A stretch of 64,000 nt of DNA, from assembly GCA_024679065.1 (NCBI GenBank), contig JAGIQG010000005.1:82336001-82400000 (forward strand), read 5' to 3'. This stretch comes from Sphyrna mokarran (taxonomy: Eukaryota). Shown here in pieces: positions 37,727 through 52,504 of this stretch. How positions within the stretch are numbered: position 1 is the stretch's first letter; each line of letters opens with the position of its first letter. Both the position numbers and the translations under genes were made by a program. The notes beneath the pieces were generated by a model, which saw nothing but the letters and a program-made list of their open reading frames with translations, searched no databases and was not told where the DNA came from.

Positions 37727-39625
37727 TTCTAGTTTGCAACTGCACAGCTCGGAAGGGACATCAGTAGGTGATGCTGAACTATACGGTTCAAAAATACAGC
37801 ATGTTCCATCTCTAACATGTACTGCGTTAATCATATCGTTGTATTAATTTCCAAGCACTGGAATTACCAATCTTTGGTAATTTTCCTTCTTTTAGAGGCT
37901 CCGAAAAGCACACCTCTTACACCAAGCTTTTGGCTTTTGTCTTGTTGGGCCAGAACTTCCTTGGAGTGGCAATTGCAGACATATTGCCACTCCACTTTTA
38001 CTCACTTGCACCGAAATGCAACTGTGCCTTCCTCCCCTAACCTTCCAGGCCAGGTGAGAAAAGTTCAGTGCAGCTGTTCAGAAACCCTCCTTTTTTTTAC
38101 AGTACCAGTTGCCATTGAAACCTTTTATTCTACATTGATGTTATCTTCCATGGCAGTGTTTATCAAGCCAGTGCGCAGACTGAGTTATTTTCCTTCAGTG
38201 AAATGTACTCAACTCCTTTCCTGTCTTCCCAGTCCTGTCACTGTGTGTATTCTTGCTCTCAATCTGTCCTTTTTTCTGCTTTAACGGCACCATCACTATG
38301 ACAGGCTGCACCCCGATACTGAGGGCCAAGGCTTTTCATATTAAGATCAGTAATAAAACAGCAACTTAAATCAAGTGGATACAATGAGTTTTGGACTTAC
38401 AAATATTTGCACTAATTATTTGTATCACTATATATAAATGAAACATGCACATCGCCTATTCTGCCTTTAGTGTATTGGTTTAGAGTTCTATCAAAGAGCA
38501 ATCAGGATGGTTATGTGATTATATTAGTTAATGAGAATGATAGAAACTGACAGTCAAGAGCAGTCATGTGACTATTATAAATTAATATGATTATTAGAAA
38601 GTGGCAATAACTTTTGGAACAGATGATTACTGTTGATTGATAAGCTGGCTCCAAAGTGATACAGAACAATAAAACACATTTAAAAATATATTTTTCAGGT
38701 CTCTTGATAAATGTTCTCAGTACTGATAATGTGTCTAATTCTGTCAACTCAGTAATTTGAACTCAACCCACTTAATTGGTTTGTGCTAAAAGCACACAAT
38801 GGATCAAGTTATTGGATAAAAGGGAAAATGTAAAAGGAAAAGCCAATTGCTCAATGGTTAAAGAAAGGGCTAATTAAGCATTAAAGAATCTCCTCTTATA
38901 ACTGTCATTGGCAAATTAGCAATAATAATAGGGATAGCAAAACTCTCTGTTGTCAGTCACCAGAAAACAAATTGTGCTTCAAAGCTGTAAAGACAGAAGT
39001 TCAATGGGCAGATGTTCAAATTCCCCAATAGTGCAGTATATAATACCCAGTATAGTAGCAAGCCATACATATTCCACCTCTGATTCCCAATCTTTGCTCA
39101 ATTTACAGTCATGGTTCAGGGAGGGCAGCAGAACTGGTGAACGAATGGGAATTTTCTCCTACAAGGATGTGTATATAGTGGACATGAGGTCAGACTCAAC
39201 TGTGGCAGTTTCCACAGTATTTGTATGGTAATACTCAATAACAAAGTTCACAAATGAAAATGGTGGTAAACATGGAACAAGCATAGCAAGACACATCAGG
39301 AAAAAAAAGTGATGCAATGGAGGGAATGGAAAATAAACATAAAATCCTGGAAAAATAATACATTATTTAATGTAAAAAGCCCTATATGTTTTTGCTAATA
39401 TTACAATGAGATGCAGTATGTGTACACAGTATGTGTACACAGGGCTCCCGGAACTGGAGACAAAACTGCAAGGTTACTACTCAAATCTTTGTTTTTACAG
39501 ATGAGTCAGTAAAGAGAAACATTCAAAACTCAGTTCCTAATTCTGTCCAGAGCATCAGGAATGCATAGCATTACAATTTGGTGACAGGACAGGAGATAAA
39601 GGTAATTCCTTTGACAAACTACCAG

Positions 39626-40420
39626 TCTTCAGGAGAACAGTGGCCACAACACCACACAATCTGCCACAGCAACCTCTGCAAGACATGCCGGATCATCAGC
39701 ATGGATGCCATCATGTCACATGAGAACACCATCCACCAGGTACACCGTACATACTCTTGTAACTCGGCCAACATTGTCTATCTGATATGCTGCAGGAAAG
39801 GATGTCCCGAGGCATGGTACACTGGGGAGACCATGCAGATGCTATGACAGTGGATGAATGAACCCTGCTCGACAATCACCAGGCAAGAGTGTTCTCTTCC
39901 TTTTGGGGAACACTTCAGCAGACACGAGCATTCAGCCTCTAATCTTCGAGTAAACATTCTCCAAGGCGGCTTTCATGACACATGACAGTGCAGAGGAATT
40001 GAACAGAGACTCGTAGCCAAGTTCCACACATATGAGGATGGCCTCAACTGGGATCTTGAGTTCATGACACACTATCTCTAACCCTCACGACTTGCCTGGG
40101 CTTGCAAAATCTCACTAACTATCCTGGCTGGAGACATTATACACCTCTTTAACCTATGCTTAATCCTCTCTCCACTCCCATTGTTTGTACCTTTAAGACT
40201 TGATTACCTGTAAAGACTCGCATTCCAACATTATTTTGTAAATTGAGTTTGTGTCTTCATATACTGTGTTTGTGAACTGAAATCCCGCTCACCTGATGAA
40301 GGAACAGTTCTCCAAAAACTAATGGCTTGTGCTACCAAATAAACTGGTTGGATTTTAACCTGATGTTGTGAGACTTCTTACTATGTTTACTCCTGCCCAA
40401 CACTGGCGTCTCCACATCAT
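39626..40420 (+). mobile_element. Penelope-like retroelement 3' fragment (GIY-YIG endonuclease, inactivated)
   Basis: Translates to CKTC...YSCNSANIVYLICCRKGCPEAWYTGET...GEHFS...EQRLVAKFHTYEDGLN with in-frame stops, followed by a pLTR-like terminus. Confidence 0.85.
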
Positions 40421-43400
40421 TCTTTTGTTGCACGCGGGGTTGGTGACTTTGTTCTAGAGAATCCAAGAACTGCTTTAGTAGGTTTGCACCTGACCTTGCT
40501 GTAATACTGCAGGAGAGTAACCGCTATCTTGACAGAGGCAGTACGAAATGTAGGAAACACATTGTTTACTAGAGGAATTGCTGAAAATGGACCTGTTCAA
40601 GTGACCTGGTCACTAAAATGAAGAAGGCAAGTAAAGCTACATCAAAGACTACAATTTCTCCAGTGACAAGAAAAACATTTCTTTCTAATCATTCATAATG
40701 TAAGGTTAAATGGTTAAACTACTGTTTCTAAAATGTAAAGCCATTTCTGTTGACATGTATTAAGCTCAGCAAGTGCAACATTGTCATGGCAATTATAGTT
40801 TTACCAAATACTGTAGACGCTTCTCTATCTGTCACATGGACTGTATACCACATGGCTTGCAGAGGTAAAGAAGTTGTGAGTAAGCAATGATGCTGAATGG
40901 TAGACAGGAACTCCACAGCCTGCGCATGCCAATATTTGTCATAATTCTCTCTCAACTGACCCAATGCTCTTCATAAACAAATATTTTAGATTAGTATCAA
41001 TTGCAAATTTTAGTCTTTTTACTTATTTTACCATGTCCATTACTCATGTTACACATCCCATTATAACAAGCTTGAAGTAGCATTTTAAAGTATATCGAAA
41101 AAATGGTAAATGTTTTTATTTTAGAATTAATTTCCACTCTATTCTATTGCCAGAGAACTATGTTAGGAAAAGAAAAGGCCCATTTTGATTTAGCTTGATG
41201 GTGTTGTCAATATTAGTTATTCAAAACAAATGTTCCCAATGCTGGTCTAAACATAATAGAAAAATATGTTCTTGTTAACTCAAATGTTGATGGAATGTTG
41301 CTTTAATCCGATGGATTAGTACATGTCTTTGGAGTTATTTGCCTGATGTGTACTTCTTAAGTGTTTTAAAGGAAATTTTACTATACAGTGACCATAAGCA
41401 CCCACAGTATTATATCAAGCAGAATTTCGTTCTGCTCCTTATGACTGTTTTAATAAGCTAGGAAGTACTTAATTTATGCTCTTTCTTATGTGTTCTCTGT
41501 TATGCTTTTTAAATGTAAATCAATGCAATGGTACAGACACAGCAAACATTGATCTCTAGACCATAATGTAAACTACTGCCGTTGAGTTGCTAATGCTATT
41601 ACATGTGAAAAAATGCTCTTGATCTTCAAATATAGAAAAACTGTCACCCAAGTAGTGACAGCAAAACAATTGCATTATAAACAACATCTTCTATTTGTAT
41701 AACACCATAAACATAATGAACCATTCCAGGGCACTTCATAGTAGCATTAGTTCCAGAGGAGTGCTGGTTTAGTGTATTAGCCATGCTAAATTCTCTCTCA
41801 ATGTATCCGAACAGGCAGCGGAATATGGTACTTCGGAATTTTTCACAATAACTTCATTGCAGTGTTAACATAAGCTTACTTGTGATACTAATAAATTAAC
41901 TTATAAAACCAAATATGATGCTGAGTGGCATGAAATGCTAAGTCAGAAAACCGAAAGCTTGTTCAAAACAATAGATTTTAAGAAGTGTATTGAAGAAGGA
42001 AAGCAAGGTAGAGATGAAAAGAGCGACGAGGGTAGCGGGGTGGGAGCAATGCTCTAATGTTGTCGTTGTGTTTTATTTAACTTATCGGAAAATTTTATGC
42101 GTTAGATGTTCCTGTGTTTGCAATAAATCGACAAAAATCGGAAATGTGGCCAGAGAAGGCAGCTCAAAACGATTCCACCTGATTGTTGTCTTTAAGTTAA
42201 CGGAGGGCAGAGCATACATGATGAAAGATTCAAATCCAACACAATGTGAAACAGCCTGTATTCAAATCCGCACCAATACACTCGATCAAAATGTTCTGCC
42301 TGAAAGCCAGGCGATCGGATAACTGCTTGCACATCTCACTAAATGTACAAGTTGCGTCTGTTCGGCTTGAATTTTTTGGCTTGGTGTCTGGCCGGCAGAG
42401 TGCGCCGGTTGGTTTTCCATCCTGGTGGTGGCGATGCTAACTAAAGCTGAGCAAGTTACCGAATTGGCAACTCAGCCGATTCAAACTGGCCTGTATTGTC
42501 ACCATTGGCCAGCCACTGTAATAGCTGAGCGACATTTTCAGAATGTTACTATGTGAAAATGATTACTTTGATATTGCTACGGATTACAGGGGCCCGAGAA
42601 ACTGCTATGAAGCTGAATTTATTGTTATCCATAACACAAGAATTTTAAGTGCGTAATTATTGGCCAGCTAGTTGTCGTGACTACTGAGTGCTTGTCACAT
42701 AGGACCTTGATGGAAATTCAGAAATGTGAGGGAGAGCCACGGAATTCCTGGGATAATCGGCCCTGTAAGCTCAGTTTCCTGTTACATTACCCTCGCTGAA
42801 TATTATCATATCTTACTTTCCAATTGAATTTTTTAGTGAGTAACTTCCATTTCACAACTGCAGCTACACCGAATAAGGGCAAGTGTGCCAAAGGATGCCA
42901 AAGGATGCACAAAGCGATGTTTGTGTCTCGCCGTATCTTAATGCAAAGCACATTGTCAATTGAAAACCATTCTTTGAATGCCTGTTACAGTTATTGTATA
43001 TTTTTCACACGCGCGCACTGCAGTCTAGAATCACTCATGATTGGGCCATCTCATCATTTGCAATTAATAAATGCTCTTGCAGGGAGACTAATTCATACAA
43101 ATGTGCGCCAGTACTCAACTGGCCACTTTGGCATGTTATTATCAAGATATTTATTTTTAACAATAATTTAGACAGGCCAAGGGGTGATTAAATGTATTTA
43201 AAAGCCTAATAATGTTATGATGCACTGACGGTTCTGGATATTAAAACTTTCAGGTGAAGGCATTTGATGCTGAAGTAGAGAAATATTGGATGCGATGCTG
43301 TAACCGCTGCTATTTCGCTTGGCCAGAGGGTGGCGCGTTTAGTTCGTGTTCCAGCCGCTTTGGGTGACTTTGCACAGTTTAAGTTCTGCAAGTGATCAAA

Positions 43401-45911
43401 AGACACATTTTTCGGGATCGTTTCAAAAGATTTAGCCGTTGCAAAATATGCAACGAATTCCGTTATTGAGCTCTCACCCATGTTGCATTCGACTGCATGA
43501 GCTGAGAACAGAGAAAGTGTCATTTTAATCTCAAACAAAACGTGTGTTCCACAATAGTGAAAAAGTCCAATGGGCCCAGAGATGTTTGGGAATATTTGGT
43601 CCCGTAGAATAGACAATATTACTGCCTTCGATGCATAATTTATTTATTGTCTTTTTTTTGAAGAAGAAGTGGTTGGTTAGTCTTAACATGAAATTACATT
43701 TTTTGTATTTAAGTTAATTGGTTTTAGTGAATTTTGACAGGATGGCGGGAAAGGAAAGTTGTGGAGTGCTTATTGAAAAGAAACGAATGAGCCATGATAA
43801 CGTGTATATTCCTGTGTTTATCAGGACCCATACATCACTGAGAATCATGTATTAAAAAGTATTGTGTTGGAACCTGCGCTGCTCCGTCAAACGGCCGGGT
43901 TATTGTATTATTCCCTCGCTGCTTATAATTCTAGATTTCATACGCGGCGCAAAACAAATTAATGAAAACATTCCGCGTCCTTGGTGTGACAGCGCGGTCT
44001 GAGTAATAATATTTAAACAAATAAAACCCAACATATAATTGTAGCTGTTTAATTTATCTTAATTCTAACCTGGATGACAAATTGAATAACCGTTAAAGGG
44101 GCTCCAACACCGTGCGGGCTGTTTGCGACGAGTTTCCAACTCGAGGTGACGTTTGTATATTTGCGTTAATTATACAACATTTACCGCATTCTCGAGTGGT
44201 TTGTTTTGTATTATAAGTAAAACAACAGGTTATTATGTTACAGGAAAACAGAATGGGTTCTGATTGTGGAAAAAATGTTTATGTAACGAGCGTTATATCT
44301 TTTTTTCAATTTCCGATGTTTAATAAATGTCAGAATAAAGTGCCCACAAAAGTCTGAACGAATAAGAGCATCTTTCATAAAGGGGAGAGAATGTAGTTCT
44401 CCACGTGATGGTACCTCACGTGAAACTACTAGAAGAGCTCACAATACAGCAAGCGCTCCTCAGCGAAAAGGGTGCATCTCGTAAAAAACAAACGTGTCCC
44501 CTTCACACTAACATACTATTAATACTTGTTACATTTCACCGGCCGCATGCATTTCTCACCATTTCCTCTGCATAACGATGTTTTAAATAACCTCCCTTCT
44601 TTAGCCCCGTCTCTAGGGAGCTTTGGAAAAACAAACTTACATGCATTGGTACACGTTTTCATATTTCCTTTCGTAAATCTTACATATCGGGCTGCAAGCT
44701 GGAAGCCCGATAACTCGGTGCGAGCGAGATCTATTCAGTAAGGAACCTCGCTTGTCTTAGCAAGTGGTGACTTGGGCGATGAGGGAAGTGTGGTTGGGGA
44801 GGTTTGAAAGTGGCGATCCTCCTAAATATAAACTCCGCTCTCTGGATGAGCCAGACACACTCTCCTCAAACCGTCGATTTATTTTGGATGGAAGAGAGCA
44901 CCTATCAAGGAACAAACGCCCTCATTTTATCTCCACGACTGCCATCACTTTATTGATGGTTGCGGTTTAAAACACTTATTTTTAAAGGCACAAAGCAAAG
45001 GTACAAAAAAAGGAATGGAGGTGGGAAAATGGGTGAAAAAGATGAAACGAGGAAATAATAAACGAAAAGGGGAAAAATAGCAGTGATTGTGTCTGAATGG
45101 TTGTGCGGAGACGGGGGAGTCAGCGGGGAAATGTCTCCAAATGTCAGACTGAAAGCAGGACTGTGCTCCTTTAATTGTTGCATTGACCCTAACATTTTAA
45201 ACGAATCTAAACGCATTAAAGAGCTTAGTGTGAAGCTTTCTGATAAGCTGGGTGCATCAATCATTATTAAAGAGCCCATCGTGCCTATAACAATACTCCC
45301 AGCACTCAAAGGACATGTTGTGTGGCTTACATCTCATCAACTGAAATGTTTTATTTCCATTCGGTTTTTTTTTCTAACTGGCACCGACCTTTTTTTTTAT
45401 TACACTTTGTGTCGACCGAAACAAGTTTGGATTTGTTTTTTTTTTGAGGGGCGGGGGGAGGGATTGAAAGTAAACTACCCTATGATCTGTAAAAACGGCG
45501 TTGGACAAGAAATATTTCTGACCCATTCATGGAGTTTTCTTTGGACTGGAACTGAATGTTTTAGGGTTAATTTTACCGAGAAACATGATGTTATCTTTCG
45601 ATGTGTGCTTTTCATGTCTTAACACACTGCTTCCTTGATCTCTTAGGACCCCGTGAGTCTGACCACAATCAAAACAAAACCCAATTTTTTTTTGCATTCA
45701 TTCTTCGCTGATCAAATTGCTTTTAACAAACATGCCAGCCTATTCTGGTGTCTCAAAGTCCTTCTTCTCACATCACTTCTGGCTTGGTGCAAAAGATAAA
45801 CTGCTGGTTTTCGCGGATGCTTAAAATAGCCCAGCTATCTAGCATCTGTGCAACCACCAAGGTCGGAATCTACTGTCTAGTTCATTCCATTGGTGGCCTG
45901 GGCTATTTTCT

Positions 45912-45933
45912 TTCTCTCTCTCTCTCTCTCTCT
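45912..45933. repeat. (TC)n microsatellite
   Basis: Directly visible. Confidence 0.9.
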
Positions 45934-45999
45934 GTGTACAGAAAAAAAATCGCTGCACATTTGCTTTGAATTAAGTTAACCAAAAAAAGGTATGAACGT

Positions 46000-46270
46000 C
46001 CCGTGGTCCAAAGAGTTAGGAAACACGCTGCTCGTGTTTTCCAGAGTTGTCTTTTGGGCTCTGGAGCCTGTAGCGGTTGTTGAGATGCCCCAGCCAGTGC
46101 TCTCCCCCGGCCACGCTGTGAACTCTTCTTGAAAGTTTGTTGACTTTTGCTGTCAAAGAAGTTGGTGGGGCTGGCTGCGCAGTGCGCCTGCGCCGTGCGG
46201 GGATTTCTCGCAGGACTCGGTTGAAATAGGAGGTGGTTCCAGGGGTCTGGAGGAGTCAGTCAGTCTCTGC
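46000..46270 (+). promoter_or_regulatory. Putative osr1 CpG-rich promoter
   Basis: Local GC/CpG peak with an NRF1-like TGCGCCTGCGC at 46183-46193 and Inr-like TCAGTC at ~46256-46266, upstream of a splice donor at 46581. The TSS cannot be fixed from sequence alone. Confidence 0.55.
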
Positions 46271-46580
46271 TCGGCATCTCTCACCCAACAAGCAGGCAAC
46301 GCTGTGCCCGTGCAAGGAGCAGCTGACACGGCACACCCCTCCTCTCCCCCCACAACAATCGCTGTCGCCTGCCACCGCCAACTGCATTCCACCCCCCACC
46401 TCCTCAACTCCACCCCACCCCAAACATTAGCCACCTTCGCCCCGCAGCGCCAACTCCGAGTTCAGAGCATGCCAACTTGGGTATGCGCTTGTGCCACAAC
46501 CGCCGCCTCCACCTCTTCTGCCACTAGCTCCAGCGAGAAAGCGGCGACACTCGCAGCGGCCGCGGAAATCCCCGGCACAG
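46258..46580 (+). other. osr1: Putative osr1 exon 1 (5' leader); start approximate
   Basis: GC-rich segment ending in CAG|GTAACC. Vertebrate OSR1 has an upstream first exon, and a matching acceptor (CTTTTGCTTTTACACCAAG|G) lies at 53508/53509. Confidence 0.55.
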
Positions 46581-49500
46581 GTAACCACACCAACCTTTCT
46601 AACGCTGTCTTTGACACAAAGGGCAAAGGGAGGGAGAGGGAGTGGGAGGTGGTGGCGGTGGGGGGGAAGTACGGGGGAATCAACTTTGTCGGAGTTTCAG
46701 AGGGGGGGAGAAAGTTTTTGTCTCGTTTCGTATTGTTAATTAGACAAAATCTCATCGGGTTTTCTATTTTATATTTTTACACATAATAAACGCGTTAGTT
46801 ACAGTAGCGGTTCCGGGTATGGAAATCGCACTTTTGGTGACATTGTGCATTTTGTGTTAGGAGTTTGTGTGCAGTGAGTTGAATAATTCCAATTGCAAAG
46901 CCGGAGTGACTGTTATTGGTGTGGGAGTGTTACTGTACACGAGCGGTGGGAATGATTATTGGGAAACTGGTTCAACTTGAACTTCGCATAAGCAAACATT
47001 TGTGCTGACACTAGAACTCCTCCCAGCCGCCAGTTGTACAGCACACTGCAGCCCCCTTAGAAGCAGTGTGTTCGGTGTAAACAGCGAGGAAGGTGTTGTA
47101 CTTCCAACTTTTCAGCTTAACGGAATCTCTCCACACAACACCGAATCCAGCTCACCGCCCCTTCCCCTCCATCGGGCTGGTTTAATTGGAAGTTTTCTCA
47201 GCATTTTTGATCAGGATGCGATCGGATTTTGACAGTGCTGGGACCCAACACGTGCAGTAATTCACAGGCAGCAGAGAAACATGTCAACCACCTCCAGTCC
47301 ACCTGAACCCACACTCTCTCTCCATCCCACAGCCTGTGGTGTCGGGTACTATACTCCAGTCGAATTACCAAAACATCCCCACTCTTCCCATTCCCCCACC
47401 CCATCGCTACTTGGAAGCAGTGACTGTTGTTTCTTTTTTTTCACTCGTTCAAATGCAAAGGCGAGTGTACTCCGAACCCACACAGCCTTCAACAGCAGCC
47501 TAGTTTCACTGCAAACTGAGTCAGGCTATTGTGTTGTTCCCAGCTGTTTCCGGCGCAGGCTATAGTTTGCTTCTATTAATTTTAATAGGATGCATTTAAT
47601 AAGAGGCTCCAGGGCGGTTAATGAGACTGTTATTAACGGGGTTAAACACGCGGAGCACGATTTATTCCCAAACTGCCTTTTCTCTTATATCCACAAAGTC
47701 ACGGCATTTCGATCTATGATTTCAGACGACCCGTTAACAAAAAGAATATTTTTTTAAAGAGCAGAGAAGCGAAATATTCTCGAAAATTACAAATGATGTC
47801 CATGTTTTTAAAATTTCGTTTTTAATATACTCCGCTTATATAAGGCAGTGTACAAAAGCTCAGCCATATTCTATTGGTCAAACCGCAAGTGGTGTTTTAT
47901 TATTATACATTTCCAAAGCTAAATGATATTCTAATCCACAGGTGTTAGTACGGATAAGATGATAGATAACCTGCCAAAAATAACTCCCATCTTATGAGGC
48001 TGATGTGATTTTTCACTCTTTTTATGCTGGAGATTAAAGATTGAATTTTATGAAAGGTCCCAAATATTTAATTTCTTGTTTAAAACTGTAAAGTAAACAG
48101 CCGAATGGTGAGTTTGTCGACTCTCAGTGTTCTCACACGCGGCTGATCTTTAAATCAGAAGCAAATTGCAATCCGTGATAAAGGAAATCTGTCTTTGCCC
48201 GACATTTGGACGGAAAACAGCTAACTGTTGAAATCTGGCCAACTTACTCCCCTTGGTCCTGTCCACAGTGGATTAAAACATTTCCCAAACACATTCCCCC
48301 TCACTCTTACTTAAACTCTCAAGTCATCCATACTTTGGATGTTGAGACTGTTTGTTTGTCTTACTTGGTGTATTAATCAACAGTGCCAGGAGAAAAAGGC
48401 TCTGAGCCCCTCTCTTCTCCAAACAGTGTACTGATTGTGATATTGTGATAATCCAATGAATAATGATGCCCTCGAACTATTTAGGAACTTGAGTTAAGAG
48501 CGAATATTGATTGATATCTCGCAGCGTGCCCAATATTCCTGCCTTCAATTGACAAGTGCCTTTCTGGTGAGACTGCCGCTGCGGGGCCGACATTACCCGA
48601 GTCTGATAGAGATCGGCAATATTAGAAAAGCGGGGCGGGCGGAATAAGGTGGGGGGAGGAGATTGTAGCCAGATGCATCTTTTCAAGTTTATGATCCAAT
48701 TTTGTAGAGTAAATTGATCTTGGCAGAATGAAGTTTGTTTCAATAGGATGTCAGGATACAAGTGGTCTGTTCTCAATTACTCAGCAACCAACCTTTTTTT
48801 GAAAAAAGGGAAGAACGGTGGTACTTTATTGCCATCAAGGAGAGATAAAGTGCGCCACTGCCTGTTTTAACATGGAGATAATGATCTCTTTAGGTAAACC
48901 CAGGTCAGTCAGTTGGTGAGGTATAATCTACAGATCTCGCCAACGAATTTTGCACCAGGGAACTCAGACAAGGCACTGCACCGTTTTCAGTTCTCGGGGG
49001 AATGTCTTGCCTATTCCTCGCAGGCCGAACACATTGCAATGTGCCGCTGTAGTTGTTTGTGGGGGGTACAGACAGTAGGGGAGAAATGTGTGAGACGACC
49101 CATCGTTTCGGAGCCATATTTTAACACGCCTGCCTTTTCTTTACCTCGCCCATATCCATGTTTCACCCCATTGATCACTCGGACAGCCATTTCCCCGGAT
49201 TCGTTCAGCTTGCGAATTACAAAGCTCTAGCAGTCTGTGCAGAATCCCTCCTATCACTGTACATGTGTAGCATTCTTGCTAAATTTCTGAAAATTCAAGA
49301 CAAGTTGGATCCTTCATTGCACGACATCGCCTGAATAGAAGTAAAAGTGAAATCAGATATATATAGGATCACGTTGATTAGATTTGCGACAGCTAATAGA
49401 AAATCCCAATGCCTTTTTTTTTGACGAATACATTTATCGGAGCAGGTGCTGAACAAAACCATCCTTCCATCATCTATCGAAAGGCCTAGTTTATTCAGCC

Positions 49501-51089
49501 TCATTGCCCGTACTCTCGCCACCATCTAGCTCTCGGCCTGCTATCTTTCTTTCGAAAACTCAATAAAAGCTATCTCGGCTATCTGAGTTTTCAGGCCCAG
49601 CATTTTTGGAACTCAATTATGTGAGTTATATTTGTTGTGGTTATTGAACCTTCTCAAGTGTATTGGACTGAGTAGCAATTGTTGAAGTTTAAGAAATCCG
49701 TTTTGAAATCTGAACATAGGATGAGAAATAGATCTGCTTTCTCGTGGTTTCAGAGTGCTGGAACTACGCGGATATTTATTTTGTGTGTGTCAGATGCAAT
49801 TAATGTACAAACTCGATTCACCGTCCAGTAAAAAAAGTGCGATTCACCTGAGCTCGCTGAAAGCACATTATTTTGGAGTTTTCCGCCCCCCCCCCAAAAA
49901 AAAATCGTTTTTTTGAAAAAAAAAGCTGTACCTTAATGAGAAATTTCACTGAACGGTTTATTTACAGAATTGTAATGTATTAGGACCTGGATGCCGCTCA
50001 CTAAATAGGCAAGCAGTGCGTTATGATCGTAGTTTCTCTATACAGTATAAATATACAGTATAAGTAATTTCTGGTTCGTTATGATGTGTTTCCCCCCAAG
50101 AGATTTAACTATTGCCTCTGGTGGTTTGGTTGCAAGAATAGTGACAGTCTTTCGGATTGGTCACATTGTTCCTGTCATGAATTCGTGAAATTGACAAGAT
50201 AACTTCGCAGAGGCGCTGATGGAGATCCCATCCTATCTCGGATCTTTGAATTATTTGCATATTTTAAGATTTCCCCTTTCTAATGGACTGAGCTTCACTT
50301 TCCCATTTAATCCCCATCCCTCTGATTCTGCCTCTCCATAGTTTCCCTGATCACCAATTTTCTCATTTAGGCTTTTGTTTTTAAGTTCTGTTTACCCTTA
50401 GGCAAGAAGTACATTTAAGTATATAATATACACGCACACATACATACACACACCGAGTATCTGGTTGCAGTGGGAATTACAGTTCCGATTGTATTTGCTG
50501 ATGCAGGAGATATAAGATGATATTCTTTCCATTGGCCCCCAGAGACCGTACGCAAACGCTATTAAAAGCTAAGCCAATACACAATGTTCCCTGCTGCTTA
50601 TACTGCTACAAGTGCCAGTACATTTAAATGAAGATAAATCAAACAGATTTCAGTTGCTTTGTAAAGAGTCGTCAGAATCTGTATTAAAGTGTAAAAAATC
50701 AGTTTGAAAATGCTCCAATAAATTAAACGGGGCATTTAAAAGGTTGAGACTATTTAGGGGCCTGCGATTCATTTTCATGTCGTTGTACAGACCCGTTTTC
50801 ACACACGGCTGTACTGTAATAGATACATAGAAGCAGTGCATATATATTTTTTAAAATTGTGTTTATATTCCAAGACACGGCAACAGAAAAGCTCTGCATC
50901 ATTCCTTTTCCCCCAAGGCTCTGTTTGAAATGTTATGACACTTTTGAAAGAAATTTAAGAGATAATGATATTCTTTGCCCTAATTACAACAGACGATAGA
51001 TATTTCTCACAATATTAAATTAAAAACCGAGAGCCAAGGTACAGACTCGTATGGTTTACGTTTGTTTTTTTTTAAACTGGCCGTTAGAT

Positions 51090-51265
51090 ATCCACAGCAA
51101 AGACGTGTGGGTCAGGTGGATTGGCCATACTAAACTGACCCTGCTGTCAGGGGGATTAGCAGGGTAAATGAGGGTTACGGGAATAGGGCGTCGGTAGGAT
51201 TGTGGTCGGTACAGACACGATGGGCCGAATAGCCTCCTTCTGCATTGTAGAGATTCTATAATTCT
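51090..51265 (+). mobile_element. HE1/V-SINE 3' half in osr1 intron 1
   Basis: CAAAGACGTGTGGGTCAGGTGGATTGGCCATACTAAA...GATGGGCCGAATAGCCTCCTTCTGCATTGTAGAGATTCTATAATTCTA. Confidence 0.8.
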
Positions 51266-52504
51266 AACAACATTCGATAAAGTTAAATGTTCGTGACATG
51301 CTTTAAATATTTGATTTAGTCCATATAAATGATTGATGTGATAGGCCTCAATCCTGTTAACAATTTCTATGCCAATTGAAATCACCAGCAGAACACCTTC
51401 CTTAGTTTGCAAATGTTGCCATCCAAGTCATGGAATTAAATTAGTTCCTTAATTTTCACCAATTACTATTACTGTAATGTACCAATGACATCGGATTGGT
51501 TGCGAGACTGAAGGCTAGGTTAACATAATAGAACCTAATCAGCAGTTAATATGATTACACTTGCATAACCCGGCACTGGGACTTCTTTCATCGCGCACAC
51601 GCTGACAAATTACCCGTGACTGGTTGCACTGAGCGTTATCTGCCATGACTGCTGAGAGTTAAAGGAGATTTCTGGTGTGACTTTTCTTACCAACGCTAAT
51701 GGAAAGTCTCACTAATTAGCAAAGCCAATCTTAGGGGAATGTCAGTGTGTTTCATTCCGGGTCACTGCAGAGGAATTCCACATGATGTCAGTTCGCTTGG
51801 TTTGTCAATTGGTTCTAAATGATTTATACCCATTTCTCTCCCGCTTCCCTGGCGTGCTTCTTTTCGGTTGTTTATTTCGTGAGGTAAAATCAGAAGTGGT
51901 CGTTAAGTGGGAGAGCAAACTGACCTTAATGGCTCTTTCAGAAATGTCCCGTTTCTTTTATAAAGAAGTGAATGCTAACGGTTACCTCCTGAAAGCAAAT
52001 CTCCAATAACTGACAGGGTCTTTCTAATGATCCGAAGTAAGAGTCAATTCCTTCTGCGCCATGACCATAAACCACTAAATCCCTGTTGATCCCAGGACCA
52101 GAAGATGCTAATTAGTTGCACCGCACCTTATTTTCTCAAATATAACGGGAACCGGTGATCTTTCAAATGTTCATAAACATAAGCAGAGGAATGACATTTT
52201 AGCTTCGGAAACACACTGCAGACCCGTTGATAATTCATACTGGGTATTGGCTATGAATCGCCTCGTCGTTTTTTTATTCGCCCTTTCAAGAATATGAGGG
52301 GTGCATGGATATGGAATCAGGAATTCAGCTCCGTAGTGGATGCGCCTGTTTTACACAAAATTACCCGGTACAAAGCAACGGAATTTCGATAATTGTTGGT
52401 CAAATAGAACCGCAGCGTTAATGTGCCTCCTCCAAGATTATTCCTGTGATGTGTAACCGAGATTGTATCAGAAATAGGCGACCCGATCCCCTCCCATGCG
52501 TTTA

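Noticed and set aside
45083-45622. 179-aa ORF upstream of osr1
   Set aside because: It has a GTG start, runs through poly-T tracts and shows no homology; it is more likely regulatory DNA.
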